From NCBI GenBank assembly GCA_951406725.2, contig OX597820.1, positions 85,436,001 to 85,500,000 of the forward strand: a stretch of 64,000 nucleotides of DNA, in the 5' to 3' direction. Origin of the DNA: Octopus vulgaris (taxonomy: Eukaryota). Both the position numbers and the translations under genes were made by a program. The notes beneath the pieces are model-generated. The model saw nothing but the letters and a program-made list of their open reading frames with translations, was not told where the DNA came from and did not search any database. Shown here piece after piece: positions 38,200 to 53,170 of the stretch. Within the stretch, counting starts at the first letter, position 1, and the number at the start of each line of letters is the position of its first letter.

Positions 38200-41152
38200 A
38201 TGTACGTGGCATCAACCCATCAATTATTGCCCAAAAATGGAAGATCCCATATATAGAGAGTTGGCTTGCCGAAATGGCACATTGCTTCCCTTTCTTTATC
38301 CTTACCGAGACTCACCTGAACAACACCCATATGGACGCATAGGTGAAAATAAAAGATTTCACCATTGTTCGTGCGGATCGCACAGACCGAAATAAGGGAG
38401 GGACAGCCATCTTTATCCATGACTCCTTTTCACTTGATGCCAAGGACATATTTTCCAATGGCTACTGTGAATCGGTATCACTATACAACAAAGCCAAGGG
38501 CATAACCATTGTTGATCTTTACAGGCCTCCCCAGGCACCTCTAAAATACTTTGAAGAGTGCCTTAGCAAAGTCAAGTCCTTCCTTCGGAAGTACCACTCC
38601 GGAAACATACTAGTGATAGGTGATTTTAACCTCCCTCGTGTGAACTGGCCCACAAATACTCTGAAGTTAGGCAAGTGCTCTACATCAGATAGAGCAGCAG
38701 CAGAACTGCTCTTTAATCTGATGGATGAGTATTTCCTGACTCAGCTAGTGCTTGAACCAACGAGACAGAATAAAACTATGTTGGATCTGGTATTGACCAA
38801 TCACTCTAGCTACGTTCACAGTATTTCAGTCGAAAAAACTCTCCTCTCAGACCACGACATGGTACTCTACAATCTTAAATCCCGACATATAAAAACCAAA
38901 CCAGCCAATCCCACTCCATGGCACCCATTTGACAACATAAACGTCCACAAAGCAGACTGGGGAACAATCAGAAAGGATCTGTCTTCCATCGACTGGTCTT
39001 TTACTCTCAATTCCTCTCATATTGAGACAGCGTGGCAGCACTTTGAAAACATTGTCACCTATACATGCTCTAAACACGCTCCCAAGTAATCTACTAACAC
39101 AAACAGAAACCGGCTTCCTAAAAAGAAAAAAAACACACTCATCAGGCGCATCAAAAGACTCAACAAAAAAATCAACCAATTAAAATATTCCCACAAACAA
39201 CATCCACATTCAACAACAATGAAAAGACTAGAGCTGGAAAAACTTCATCTGCAGACCAACATGAAAACCCCCATTGAAAATCAAAGAGCTGTGGAGGAAC
39301 AATGGGTAATCAAAAACATCAAACAGAACCCAAAAGTGTTATATTCTTATGCAAATAAGCATAGAACCACTGTCTCACCCATTGGGCCATTGATTGATGA
39401 TAACGACATTCCCCAACACGATGCTAAAGAAATGGCAGAAATACTGCAGAAACAATCCTGCTCTGTCTTTAGTGTCCCCACTGATATTGACGTAAGGGAA
39501 ACGAACGAAGTTGACTCCCAACACAAAATCTCAGACATAACCTTCACTGCCACTGACATCGTAGCAGCAATAAATGAGGTCAAACATTACTCTGCTGTAG
39601 GCCCTGATAGATTTCCCGCTAGTCTCCTGAAGGAATGTAGATACCAACTTGCAGTCCATCTGACCAACCTCTGGAGAAATTCGTTAGACGCAGGTTATAT
39701 ACCGAAACAGTTTCTATCCCAGTCGGTCATCCCGGTTTTCAAACAGGGAAACATATCCCTCGCAGTCAACTATCGCCCAATCTCACTCACCTCCTACATC
39801 ATTAAAGTGTTTGAAAGAGTGTTAAGATCAAGGATAGCTGACTTCCTGGAGACCCACAAACTCCTAAATGCAAATCAGCATGGCTTTTGCTGTGGCAGGG
39901 ACTGTCTAACACAGCTCTTACACCACATTGAAGATGTACTCAAAGCCTTGGGAACAGGTTCGAACTCTGACGTCATATATCTTGACTTCAGTAAAGCGTT
40001 CGACAGGGTAGACCATAATATCCTACTCTCAAAATTGGCAAAATTTTGGAATCCGTGGAAAAGTTCTACACTGGATTAAGTATTTCCTGGCGAATAGAAC
40101 ACAACATGTTGTAGTTGATGGAGTCCACTCAAACCCAGCAAAAGTCACCAGCGGTGTTCCCCAGGGAACTGTTTTGGGTCCGCTACTCTTCATAATTTAC
40201 ATAAACGACCTTTCCAGTGTCGTACATTACTGCAAAGTGAAAATATTTGCTAATGACACTAAGCTCCAGCAAATCGTCAATGAAGAAGCAGACCGAACTC
40301 AACTCCAGTCTGATCTATATGCTGTGAGTCAATGGGCAGACAGAAACAAAATACAACTGAATGAGGGAAAATTTGATCTGATGCATTTTGGAAGAAATTC
40401 CTCACTAAAACAGCCATACTCTCTTCCTTCAGGGGAACCGCTCACAGCCGCTAACAATATCAGAGACCTGGGTGTAATTGTTGATGACGATCTCAGTTGG
40501 AGTGCATACATCAACAAGAAGGTCGATATAGCTCGTAGGATGAGTTCCTGGATCTTAAGAACTTTCCGGTCCAGAGAACAAGGTGTCATCATACCACATT
40601 TTTTCCTCCTTTGTACGGCCACACCTTGAATACTGCTGCCCACTGTGGTCTCCTCACACAAGACAAAACATCTCCAGAATTGAGTCACCCCAGAGGGCAC
40701 TCACTAAACGAATTGAAGGAATGGCTGCTCTCGATTATTGGGATCGCCTTAAAGCCTTGAAACTTTACTCCCTCCAGCGTCGCCGTGAGCGGTACATCAT
40801 TTGTACGATGTGGAAAATATACCACCAACTTTGCCCAAACGACCTAAACATTAGCTTCAAGGTTCATCCAAGACTTGGACCACGGGCTATACGTCCACTG
40901 CCCAATTCAAGATCACATCATACATGTACACTGCAACACAATTTCTTTTCCTCAACAGGCCCTGCCCTATTTAACATTGTCCCGAGGGAGATCAAAGAGG
41001 AAAAGGATCCCATCGACTTTAAACAGATTCTGGATAGATTCCTTCAAAGAATACCAGATAAGCCACCCATAATTGGATACAACTCACCCAACAAGAACTC
41101 ACTACTTGAACAAAACTGGATACAACTCACCCAACAAGGACTCACTACTTGA
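38139..41152 (+). pseudogene. LINE ORF2 (APE endonuclease + reverse transcriptase); disrupted
   Basis: LNVRGI..LTETHL..RADR..GGTAIF..YRPP..GDFNLP..LDLVLTN..LSDH (APE). NYRPISLTS..QHGF..YLDFSKAFDRVDH..SGVPQGTVLGPLLFIIYINDL..FANDTK..DLGV..VRPHLEYCCPLWSP (CR1-type RT). Stops at 38340-38342 and 39087-39089; +1 frameshifts near 40040 and 40600; FADD changed to FAND. Confidence 0.93.
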
Positions 41153-41389
41153 ACAAAACTTGACTTAAACAAAACTTGACTTAAACAGGATTCGAACAAT
41201 CCTATCAGGTGGTGCTATTAATTTAGACATGGCCTGGACCAATCTTTGGTCGAAACATATCTAAGTTTTATCTAAGTTTTATATATACATGTATGTATAC
41301 AACCTTCGACAGAGTAACAGAAGTAAATACTTTCACATTAAATTCTTTCACTTGTAATAGTTTCACACTTTATTCTTTCAGTATGTGTA

Positions 41390-41443
<54 letters not shown>

Positions 41444-41587
41444 CATATACATATATTTATGCATGTATATATATATGTGTGTGTATATATATATATTTAT
41501 ATATCTATATATGTGTTTGTATACATGTATATATATATGTATGTATATGAATGTATATATTAATATATGTAGATGTATATATATGTA

Positions 41588-41669
<82 letters not shown>

Positions 41670-41689
41670 ACAGAAAGATATATCATATA

Positions 41690-42930
<1,241 letters not shown>

Positions 42931-43071
42931 TCCATTCTTACACATGGTATTGATTTTTTTTTCTATGTTATTTCTATTCCTACATATCTTGCATCTATTT
43001 TCTTTCCTCCATCTCACTCTCTATTTTGTATCACATCTAAACTAACTATGACTGAACAATCCTCTCACACC

Positions 43072-43123
43072 GTCTCCGATGAAGGGATATAATTAATAAA
43101 TATCCTGGAAACAGCTGTAAGAC
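43072..43123 (+). ncRNA. Minimal hammerhead ribozyme motif (U4C variant) in an inverted PLE terminal repeat (about 42930-43195)
   Basis: GTCT-CCGATGA-AGGGATAT-aattaataa-ATATCCTG-GAAA-CAGCTG-TA-AGAC: stem I GTCT/AGAC, stem II GGATAT/ATATCC, palindromic stem III. Confidence 0.75.
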
Positions 43124-43328
43124 CTTCTATATATAAATGTCCTCATATCTACGCACCATTGGTTTTTTATATTATTACACATAAAATTCTTATATACACA
43201 CGCAGACATAGAACCAACTTTGAAGCCCTTTTTTGCAAAATTTCCGAATCTGGAACGTAAATATGGTCTGTCTATAGCACTTATTCAGCGTTACCTGACA
43301 CCTTTGGGTCTCAATTACACCATTATCT

Positions 43329-43403
<75 letters not shown>

Positions 43404-43838
43404 ATTTAGAACAAACAGTAAATTGTCATTAGAGCATTCGGAGTTTCGAATGTCGGAGCGAAGAGTTACAATGCATATATATATATATAAACACACACAC
43501 ACATTTATGTATACACATGCACACACAAACACACATACACACACGTATATATTTATATGTATGTATGTTTGTATGTATATATATATATATATATATATAT
43601 TAATTATATGTTTGTTAATGTATAGCTACTGACGTTATCTTGTATAAATATACCTACTTCTGTATAAATACTTTGCCTCAGTTTATATATGAGACATAGC
43701 AGATAAACGCACGCACACAAGCACACACATATGAATAGACACACACCCTCATGCACACTTATATAGAAATATATATGTAGACTGACAGAAAGACAAACGG
43801 ACGGTCAGAGAGACAGACAGACAGACAGACACACAGAC

Positions 43839-43917
<79 letters not shown>

Positions 43918-45969
43918 CAGACAGATAGATTGGTAGGTAGGAGTCGGTGTCACATTAGCTATTACACTTATCCCATGACATCGTTTTGTCAATAAATTGT
44001 CACGATATATGATATTAGTAATAAAACGAGATCCGATTCCTTTCATGTCACTGATTGAACAATTGGAAGTAAGGTGAACAGGCGGATAGATATTCTGTTT
44101 GCTGATAGACCCATTCCCCATATAAAGGCTATTAAATATGGTATTCATATCCAACTATTGAAGTTGCTACAGACTAACAATACTTAGTGTACCTAAACAC
44201 ATTTTATTATATTGTAGTATTTAAATGCATCCCTCACACTTTTGAGGTCAGTTTCCACTCGAGATAATTGTCATTGTCCAATACGTGGTTGATTAGAAGC
44301 ACGGTAACATTAAACAGATAGCGTCGATACAATCGATTACATATATGTTCGTTCCTCTATTTCAACAATTACTTTCGTCATCAATTACCACGAAAATCGG
44401 AATAGTGTATTGTTTTAGTTCCATACTGTTAAGCGACAAATATATAAGGCCCTGGTTACGTATCTCTCATTTCAACTTAAACTGTTTTTGTTGCCGCCTT
44501 GGATAGACGTTGCTTTAGAATATCAGAAAGTTCTCTTACATTATATTACCTTTTACCATATTTGTGCGTTGAAAATATTTGCAAGAATGTCTCGGTATTT
44601 GTGAAAAATCACTGCTGACACCATTCATAGTATATAGAACCATTATTCCGTATTATCATGGCCGCTGAAAAGGCTAGACCATTCCAAGAAAATATCAACG
44701 TAGCGCAGTCTGTGCTGACAGTCTGCCATTTTGAAATATGTTTTAAATTAAATCAAACTTAACTGCTGATTCCATAAAATTGTTCTCAAATAAAATTTTT
44801 AGCATAAAAATAATTTTATGAGCTATTCCTTACATGGTTACTAATATATCTTCATATTTATCACTCTTGTTCTTAGTATTGTAAGGACGTTCATTGCTAT
44901 TGTTACCCTGTATAAATATTTCGGAATGCTTTACTTTTTCTATCGTGACGTAAATGACCACTGGTGTCCGTTCATACACTACATCTATCTTTGATAAGTA
45001 CCTAACGTTAATGTTGCAGACCACTTCACCGTTAGTATTGTTGGTGTTCCTATTGTTATAAATCTTATCGATGCCACTAGTTTCACTACTGCTAAGAGAT
45101 AGCCATTAGCAGAGTTTCTCACAGCTGTGTTCCATGTTGATCTTATTTTAAGTCAAGTAAGATTTGCTAGTAATGTAGGGAAGCGTGACTTCTATTTTGC
45201 CAATATTTCAATTATATTACGGCCACATATTTTTTCTTTTGTGTCACAAAACAGAAGAGATGAGCTATTCTTTGTATCCGCATTTTTCTACTGTGTAAGC
45301 TGGCTGAGCCAATGAAGTAAAGATAGATATACGACCAGGAAATAAAAATTATAACTACACACATTTCTTTCAAAATTTTGTCATCTGGCTGAAGTCCTAC
45401 ATCTTTAACTTTCAATTCACATACTGAATAATTCTTAACTTTCGTAATATTTCCGTATATATTCCACTATTCAAAATGATTATAATATTGAACTAAATTA
45501 CTATGTATAACTCTTCGTATTTAGTTTCATAATAAGATTTATTCGATATAAAGTTAACAATCACAATTTGCAACTGACGTCATTAAAGTTTATAAATGCA
45601 AAGCTTGAAAACACAGCTAGTTACTTCAATCATCGGAAATACTGTCAAACAAGGGAAACTAAAATCAACGGCGTTATAATTCAGAAAGGCATGACATATC
45701 ACTTTAAAATAAATAACAACGGAACTGAGATAAAGCAAATGAATAATAAATACAAAATCGTTACTGAAAATTTCTTTCTCAAAGAGAAAATCCACCCACG
45801 AAGGTGATCATTAGCAGCATAGATTATATGTAGCATGTGTATTCTAGTGAAACCGAATTCCGAAGGTGTGGGTAAACTGACTTTATGGCACGTCAAATAT
45901 ATACATACATATTGCATATAGTGTGCTTGGTTTTATACACACACGCCCGCGCCCCGCACATATACACAA

Positions 45970-46030
<61 letters not shown>

Positions 46031-46479
46031 TATAGATATATAGATAGATAGATAGATATATATATATATATGTGTGTGTGTGTATATGTGTGTGTGTATA
46101 TGTGTGTGTGTATGTATATATGCATATATGTATATATGTGTATATATGTTTGTATGAGTGGATAAATGAATGAATGAATGACTGAATGAAAGAATGCATG
46201 TATGTATGTATATATGTATGTATGTATGAATATACCTAAGGCTATCAGGTTTCAGAGATCCTAGCACGATATTCATATGATTTATTATTCATGTAGGCAG
46301 TAAGGTTGCTAATTACCTTCCATCTTCACGGACGCAGAACGCTGGGAGTTTATTTAATTTATTGCTTTTATTTATTTTATTTATGTATTTATTTATTCTG
46401 TATGGTCCATGTGATGAACCAAACCATTCCACTCAAAATCACTGGCTTAAATTATAAAATATTGTTATTATCATATTAG

Positions 46480-46850
46480 TACACCGAACTGTCAGATTCG
46501 TTAGCAAATCGTGCTAAATGCTTATCAGTATTTATTCCGGCTCCTTACGTTCTGTGTTCAAATTCCACCGAGGTCAACTTTATCCTTTCATCCTTTTGAA
46601 GTCGATCATATAATTATCGGTTAGAAACTAGCATCGATCTCATTCACCAAACCTCTTCCCTTAAAATTATTGACCTAAATTTTAAAGAGCTGTTAGCCCG
46701 TTGGATAATGTGCGTATCTGCATTTCGTACGGATCTTTACATTTTGTGTTCAAATAACACTGAAGTGTGATATGCCTTTCGACATTTCGGGATGGATAAC
46801 AAATTAATTGTCATGAACTGCGGTCCATATAATCGAATTGCCTTGTGCCA
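46480..46850 (+). mobile_element. Two degraded family B SINE fragments
   Basis: GATTCGTTAGCA...AAATGCTTA...TTACGTTCTGTGTTCAAATTCCACCGAGGTCAACTTT..CTTTCATCCTTT, and a second TGTGTTCAAAT...GCCTTTC..CATTTCGGG copy. Confidence 0.6.
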
Positions 46851-47389
46851 AAATTATAAAAAAAATATTGATAGTAGTAGTAGGAAGAGGAGAGGGAAGA
46901 GTATAAATACTGCTACTCTTAGTAATAGTAATAGCAACAACATTGGCTTGTTTATTGGCCATAATGGCTGCGAGAAGCATTTAAGACATTTAAGACTGGG
47001 AAGATGGGATTTCCATAAGCCCGTGTTTAAAATTAAAACAATTACAATCAATAAGAAAATTATAACAAGAAAATTCTTCAGTACTGTGGGAACATTACCC
47101 AGAGCCAATCAAAGAATCCTATTGATTCCCAGTCACCGTTATCACTATGAGCACATTGGCAAGTTTTCCTCCCACCTCTCGATTTTTAGGTTACAGGTGC
47201 ATTCTAGTGTATGTTCATTCACTCGCTACAATCACGCAGCTATTTACAAATTTATTGGGCGGGGGGAAGCAACTTCCTCTCCACACGCATCTTACATTCA
47301 AGGCAGAACTTAATAAAATCGATGAGAGCTTGAACGAAAAGGAAGTTGCCTGTTTCAGTACTTTTAATTACGTCTAACGCTTTTGCCAT

Positions 47390-48020
47390 AGCCACCAGGC
47401 AGAAATACTGCTACCCCCATTCTGCTAAAGAGAGACTGCAAGACGATTTTCGCAATCGAGACGGCTGATAAACGTGTCGACTTCACACATTGTACCAGCT
47501 TCGATGTAGCTCAATTCAAAAATGCGCGGGTGCTGAAGGATCGCCTGCATTACAGCATCGTTTCTCTGCGCTACTATGACACTTTTACGCTTTTAGGTTT
47601 TATCCCAAACCAACAGTGCTAACCGATATTATTACTAGGCCAGGGATTTTTATATATTATCCATGAAACCCGAACTGAAGATTCTCCGAAGCAGACCCGC
47701 CACTAAACCATGACAGTACGCCATCGTGGAACATCCATCGACCGCATTGCCCAACAGACAAAGGGTTGTGAGCCTTTAGCATCACTCAAGGTACCAGGCG
47801 CGTTACATCGGTTTACGTTTGATCCAAGATAGCATCTCCAAAAGAATTCTGAGGAACGGCAATCACATCTGCTCAATATCAAATTGCGGCTAGAGATGTA
47901 GAGTCAGTGCATATTTGGAACATCATAAGTCAAGACATGCTCACTACACTAAGCAGCGGATATTAACAGCAAATGGAACGCCTATTCGGCGGGACCTGTC
48001 TTTTCCATAGAAAGCGGAAC
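47390..48020 (-). mobile_element. L1/Tx1-clade LINE fragment (post-RT region); decayed
   Basis: Minus translation FRFLWKRQVP..RRSICC*YPL...SWIKRKP..AWYLE, resembling the F.FLW.G...V....L..P...GGL pattern of Tx1/L1 ORF2. GC-richer than the flanks. Confidence 0.5.
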
Positions 48021-48062
48021 AGCAAGGATGAGGAGGAGGGGGCGGAGCAGCAGCAGCAGGAT

Positions 48063-48360
48063 CATAGCCATGTGTCGAGAGGAAGTCTTTAGTGTTTGAA
48101 TAATTCACCTCTGGCAAAAAAGCTTATTGAGGGACCTTTTGTGCGGGATGAGCTGCTCAACCTGAAGAAAATTCTAACTGGGTGCCACCTGCAAGGTCAT
48201 GCGCTGCTTATCTTAATATGAGATCCCTATGTCGCGCACATGTGGTAATGAAGCATGTGCCTGGTGTAACCTTATCAGATGGGCTTTCATGATTGGTATG
48301 TTGGGCTTTGTATATTTGTACTCCCGTGTCACTTTGATGGCATGCACTGCTATCTAATAT
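48063..48360 (+). repeat. Probable interspersed repeat (SINE or LINE 3' end)
   Basis: GC-richer block ending GTCACTTTGATGGCATGCACTGCTATCTAATA. Recognised as a cephalopod repeat from memory only; no second copy in the window. Confidence 0.35.
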
Positions 48361-48577
48361 GATGTTTGAAGAAGTGCGGGACTGTGTCCAGTTTTTTATC
48401 GCACATTATTAAAAGTCATATGACTTTGAAGAAGTTATAAATGAATATTAACTTCTGTTGAAGAGCTTAGGTTCAAAGCGTAAAGGACTCTGTCACTTCC
48501 CGAGCGTTAAACTAATACATCTGATTGTTGCATACACACCCGTCTTCATCTTTTCTTTTTATTTTTTGGTAAATTCC

Positions 48578-48654
<77 letters not shown>

Positions 48655-48684
48655 AGACAGACAGAGACAGAGAGACAGAGAAAC

Positions 48685-48723
<39 letters not shown>

Positions 48724-48734
48724 GACATAGAGAC

Positions 48735-50230
48735 TGTGTGACAAAGTCAACATGGCACGCCGAAAGCATTTCTCTTCTGAATCGCAACGTTTGGGGGCAA
48801 TTGCACAACGGCGAAGAGAGAGGAGGGTAATTCAGTCCCACAATAATCGCTCTACAGTATTTCAACAAATATCTGCAAATTTAATTTACTTACACATCAA
48901 CAACAACTTTTAGCAAATATAACAAACGTCCAGAAAAAATTAACAGGTCTATTAAAGGTCTGGCAAAGAATCTTACTGATGAACCTATCCAGGAACAAAA
49001 TGTTCTTCATATCATGCCACAACCTAACGCTTGAAGTCTCTCTTTACATTTGTTTGTCTATACTGCAAAGATTATCGTTGGCCTCATGAACCCAAAACTA
49101 TATGCGGCTTCCAGAGTAAAATGAAACTCGCTCAATTACCTCCTCCTTCACCAAATATACTGAAATATTTCGAAATAATTCGATCAGGTAATTCTTTTCT
49201 CAGTAATATATGTTCATGTAACAATGCGCTTGCCTTAGCTTCATTAGGTTGTAAAGAGATTAGAGCACCAGGATTTAGTCCCACATTTAAGATCCAAGGC
49301 AAGGTTTATCAGATTATTGGCTCACTACTAAAATATTTCGATATCACTCGAGCAGGTAATACTTTTCTCAGTAATATACATGCATATAATATGTATATTC
49401 TGTTTATTATATTATTGGATCACTACTTCCAAGTGATGCTTCACCGATCTTTGTGCAGCTCTACTTCTATGCTGCAGATAATGAGCTTCAGAATCGCTTG
49501 AAGCATGCTAGTGTAGATGCTGCCATCCTGTAGGATCTGCAAGAAGATTTGGACTATTACAGCACACACATAAGAAGCTTCAAAGTAGTCAATGAATTGC
49601 CAGACCCCGAAAATCTGAATTTGTTCTACATGCTGAAAAGAAAGTAAAACCCACTGATTTTCATTGTCGCACATACAATTTTTCCATGGCATCTGAGATT
49701 GATGTTATTCAACCTGATACATTATGTCTCTTCATTATGACATTCTTCATAAAAGTGATGGTGGTCTTCAGAAGATTCATTTGTTGCGCCGTTCTTGTGA
49801 TCCCCTGCATTTATGTGTTACTGTTCCCTCGGGGGAATGATGGATTTCAGGTTGGTTTGAAAAGGATTGACAACAACCAAATACTCACACCCATTGATTT
49901 CTACTGTTATCGGTTACAGGTTAAGCCAGGTGACTGTAACATTATCATGATGAGTAGACATTATCATGCAGCAATATGCTATACATACCCAGGCAAAAAT
50001 AGAACAAAAATAGACTTACTTGGGCCGAGAATAATCAAGCCATGACACGAGCTGAAATGTATAAAGCTTTGTATGATGCTGTGGTTGAAGGCGATTCATC
50101 AAATACAGGCCGGACAATTGCTCTTCCACCCTCAGTCTATGGTTCCACTCGCTTCTACAATGGGTGATTCCAGAACTCACTGACTGTGGTTCATTCAACA
50201 CATGGGAAAGCCATACTAGGATGAAATTTT
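48735..50230 (+). mobile_element. Helitron Rep/helicase N-terminal remnant
   Basis: CLYCKDYRWPHEPKTICG..KMKLAQLPPP..FLSNICSCNNALALASLG..PTFKIQGKVYQIIGSLL and YVLLFPRGNDGF..LTPIDFYCYRLQVK are typical Helitron N-terminal motifs. Many stops; internal about 60-bp duplication (49163 vs 49331). Confidence 0.85.
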
Positions 50231-50249
50231 AAAAGAACAGTCTGCACTC

Positions 50250-51440
50250 AGGTGAAGAATTATGAACGTTTGGCAACTGGTGTTTGTAGCAGTTCACTGT
50301 GAACCGTTTATATAGAGCCTGGAGTCTCGTTTAATATGATAGTAGTGCGTTATATATATATACTTTCTTCCTTCTGCTTCATTATATTATACATCCAACA
50401 CAAGGATATAAAAGTGGTGACTTGTTGTTCAAAGTTTAAGTTGGATGTTTAAATCGTTGTTTTGGCACAAAATCAATAGAAAGTATCGTTAACACGGAAG
50501 CTGTAATGGTAAATGGGAAAATATCAAATAGAAAAGACATGTTAACCAGCTCAAGAGTCACGGACAAAAACAATGACGAGAAATCCCTATGGAAGTATTG
50601 TACGACACGTTTAAGGTACCAATACCCAAACAATTTACGACTACACGTTCTTGCATTGAAAAACCAGAAAAGAACGGAAATACTGGAATTAAACCCTAAA
50701 CGTAAGAGATGTTAAAACTCGGAGAAGAGTTCAATCCTCGAAAGAGGAAAAGATAGGCGTGACTGAATCATTTCTTTCCTTTTCTAAGCACAAGGCCCGA
50801 AATTTTGGGGGAGGGGACAGTCGATTAGATCGACCCCAGTGCATAACTGGTACTTAATTTTTCGACCCCGAAAGGATGAAAGGCAAAGTCGACACCGGGG
50901 GAATTTGAACTTAGAGCATAAAGACAGACATAACTCAGAACATACAGACAGAACATAAAGACAGGCGAAATACCCATTTCTTTACTACCCACAAAGAGCT
51001 AAACACAGAGGGGAGAAACAAGGACAGATAAACGGATTAAGTCGATCATATCGATCCCATTGCGTAACTCGTACTTAATTTATCGACCCCGAAAGGATGA
51101 AAGGCAAAGTCGACCTCGGCGGAATTTGAACTCAGAACGTAACGGCAGACGAAATACGGCTACGTATTTCGTCCGGCGTGCTAACGATTCTGCCAGCTCG
51201 CCGCCTTAGGAGAGATGTTATGGAAGGAATGTATCTCCCCCACCCCAGTGACTTATGATGGAGTGACCCATGGTTACAAATTAAAGAACTGCGATCGTTT
51301 GGCAGTTCGTATTGGTAGCAGTTCACAGTGAACCTTTGATATAGAACGTTGAGTCTTGTGTAAGAGTAAGTGCATCGTATATATATACTTTCTTCCCCAC
51401 TGTTTCCTTATATAATACATCAAAAACAAGGATATAAAAG
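50250..51440 (+). mobile_element. Probable internally deleted LTR (Gypsy-like) retrotransposon remnant
   Basis: Diverged direct repeats at about 50265-50414 and 51293-51441 (CGTTTGGCA..GTAGCAGTTCAC.GTGAACC..ATATACTTTCTTCC..CAAGGATATAAAAGT). PBS-like TGGTGAC after the first; purine tract AGGAGAGA followed by TGTTATGG before the second. Confidence 0.5.
50772..51208 (-). mobile_element. Two adjacent family B SINEs (50772-50930 partial; 50975-51208 near complete)
   Basis: Minus strand AAGGCGGCGAGCTGGCAGAATCGTTAGCACGCCGGACGAAAT...TTCTGAGTTCAAATTCCGCCGAGGTCGACTTTGCCTTTCATCCTTTCGGGGTCGATAAATTAAGTAC. The core occurs twice. The same head also appears at positions 3-22. Confidence 0.9.
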
Positions 51441-52388
51441 TTAGCAGATGCCATTTTATTTGGAGTACACACAATGACGTCGCACGACAGAGCACTGCAA
51501 TAGCAAAATAGACAATACGTAATCAAAACCCAAGACTAAATGTACAAGAGAAAGAACATGAACAATACATTGTAGGCGCAACAACAATAGTAGCAGCCAA
51601 ACTAGCTGCAGTTTTTCCACAATTTCAAACACAACGTAAATCCATATAGTAGTTACGTAAAAACAAAAACCTTGATCAATACTAAACGAGCAATCGGATA
51701 TTTTGACAATAACAAGAAACAAACTGAGCATCAGAAAATTATACAAAACCCAAGAGTATTTGTTTGACAGAACAATTTATATTTCTACTTAGCAAAAGCG
51801 GGAAAAGATTAAATTTCCCATTACGCCCATGAGTACAGGATACATCGAGACAAATAACTACAACTGAAATAGAGAAATATGGTACAATTTGCTGTACGGG
51901 TCTATGTCTCATTAATTGTTGTTTCCACTTCCAAAGGCTTTCGCAAAAACACATTGCAATTTCTAAATTTTAATTCATCTTGCCAATGATCGCAACGCTA
52001 ACTAAACGTATGATCCCTCAAGCATTTGTATAGTGATGAATAACTAGCATCAAAAGTAAGGTCAAAGTCACAACACTGTCGTCGCCGGAATGCATCAGAA
52101 ACACAGATTATGTTCTTTGGAAACGTCGTATATAAATGGACTTCCATTACATGAACTTCCATTATACAGAATCACTGAAAAAGATTAAGAAATAGATAAA
52201 TATCTGCAACCTTAAATCAGAATGACACATGAAATTAAGTTGTATACGTGTGTGTGTGTGTGTGTGTGTGTGTGAGCATTTGTTATATATGCATGTATGT
52301 TTATATATATATATATATATATGTATGTATATAGTATACATACATATATGTACGTATATATATATACAGTATACATACATATATGTAC

Positions 52389-52423
<35 letters not shown>

Positions 52424-52859
52424 CCACGCGCCATATCACGGTTCACCAATCGCGCACTCAATACATTACGGATTTATCTAGCTGATATATGTAAATTTAT
52501 ATCATGTACTCCTCAGTATGTCACTGGCTTCTGCGGACGATAATTTTTTTTTTATGTCCGATATGTTCAATCAAGCGAACTGCATGCTCATGAATTTGAC
52601 GAGCACGCCACCAATACGGGTATGATTGACAATGTTCTCAAGGTGTTTCAGCGTGACACAGAATGTGACAAGGCCGGCCGTTTGAATTAGAGATACGTAT
52701 GATTTTTGGTATTTGAGTGGACTGGAACAACATGAAATAAAATGTCTTGCCTCAAGGCGCCGCCAGAAATCGAACTCATGTTCGTGAAGTGGTGTGTATA
52801 TATTAACCACTATGCCATGTGCCTTCATATTCATAGATACCTATCTTTCCATTTCCAGT

Positions 52860-53170
52860 AATTAGACTACCGCCAAGCTAGGACACCATCTTGAAATTTT
52901 AATCGAATTAATCGATCCCGGCTTTCTTTAAGCTTGGCACATGTTCTATCTGTTTCTTTGACGAACCGCGAGGTAATTGGGGCATAAAAATACCAACATG
53001 CAAACAGCGGAATAAAGACACACAAATACACACACTAAATACATAAATGCATATATTTATATATTGCGGGCTTTTGTCGACCCGAGGCTATAGTTGTCTA
53101 AGGCGTCATGCTATGGGACTGAACAAGAAACAAAGTGATTGCGAAGCAAACACAGAACCATGCTTACGCC
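52860..53170 (-). mobile_element. Degraded family A SINE
   Basis: TCGATCCCGG..TTCTATCTGTTTCTTTGACGAACCGC..CCAACAT..CCCGAGGCTATAGT..GGGACTGAAC matches the reverse complement of family A. Confidence 0.6.

Larger units (their letters stand above)
37573..41280 (+). mobile_element. Near-complete, 5'-truncated CR1-group LINE inserted in a (TA)n tract
   Basis: CCCH-finger ORF1 overlapping an APE+RT ORF2. 3' UTR hairpin GACCAA/TTGGTC and tandem tail (ATCTAAGTTTT)2 at 41259-41280. TA repeats on both sides. Confidence 0.93.

Noticed and set aside
37575-40700. Minus-strand ORFs (195, 110, 78 and 123 aa) within the LINE
   Set aside because: Antisense shadows of ORF1/ORF2 with no independent motifs.
41228-41262. 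GACCAA/TTGGTC hairpin followed by GAAAC at the LINE 3' end as a hammerhead
   Set aside because: No CUGANGA upstream; better explained as the LINE 3' UTR recognition stem-loop.
46792-47313. 173-aa plus ORF
   Set aside because: It spans a SINE remnant, low-complexity sequence and a probable old LINE fragment; no recognisable domain.
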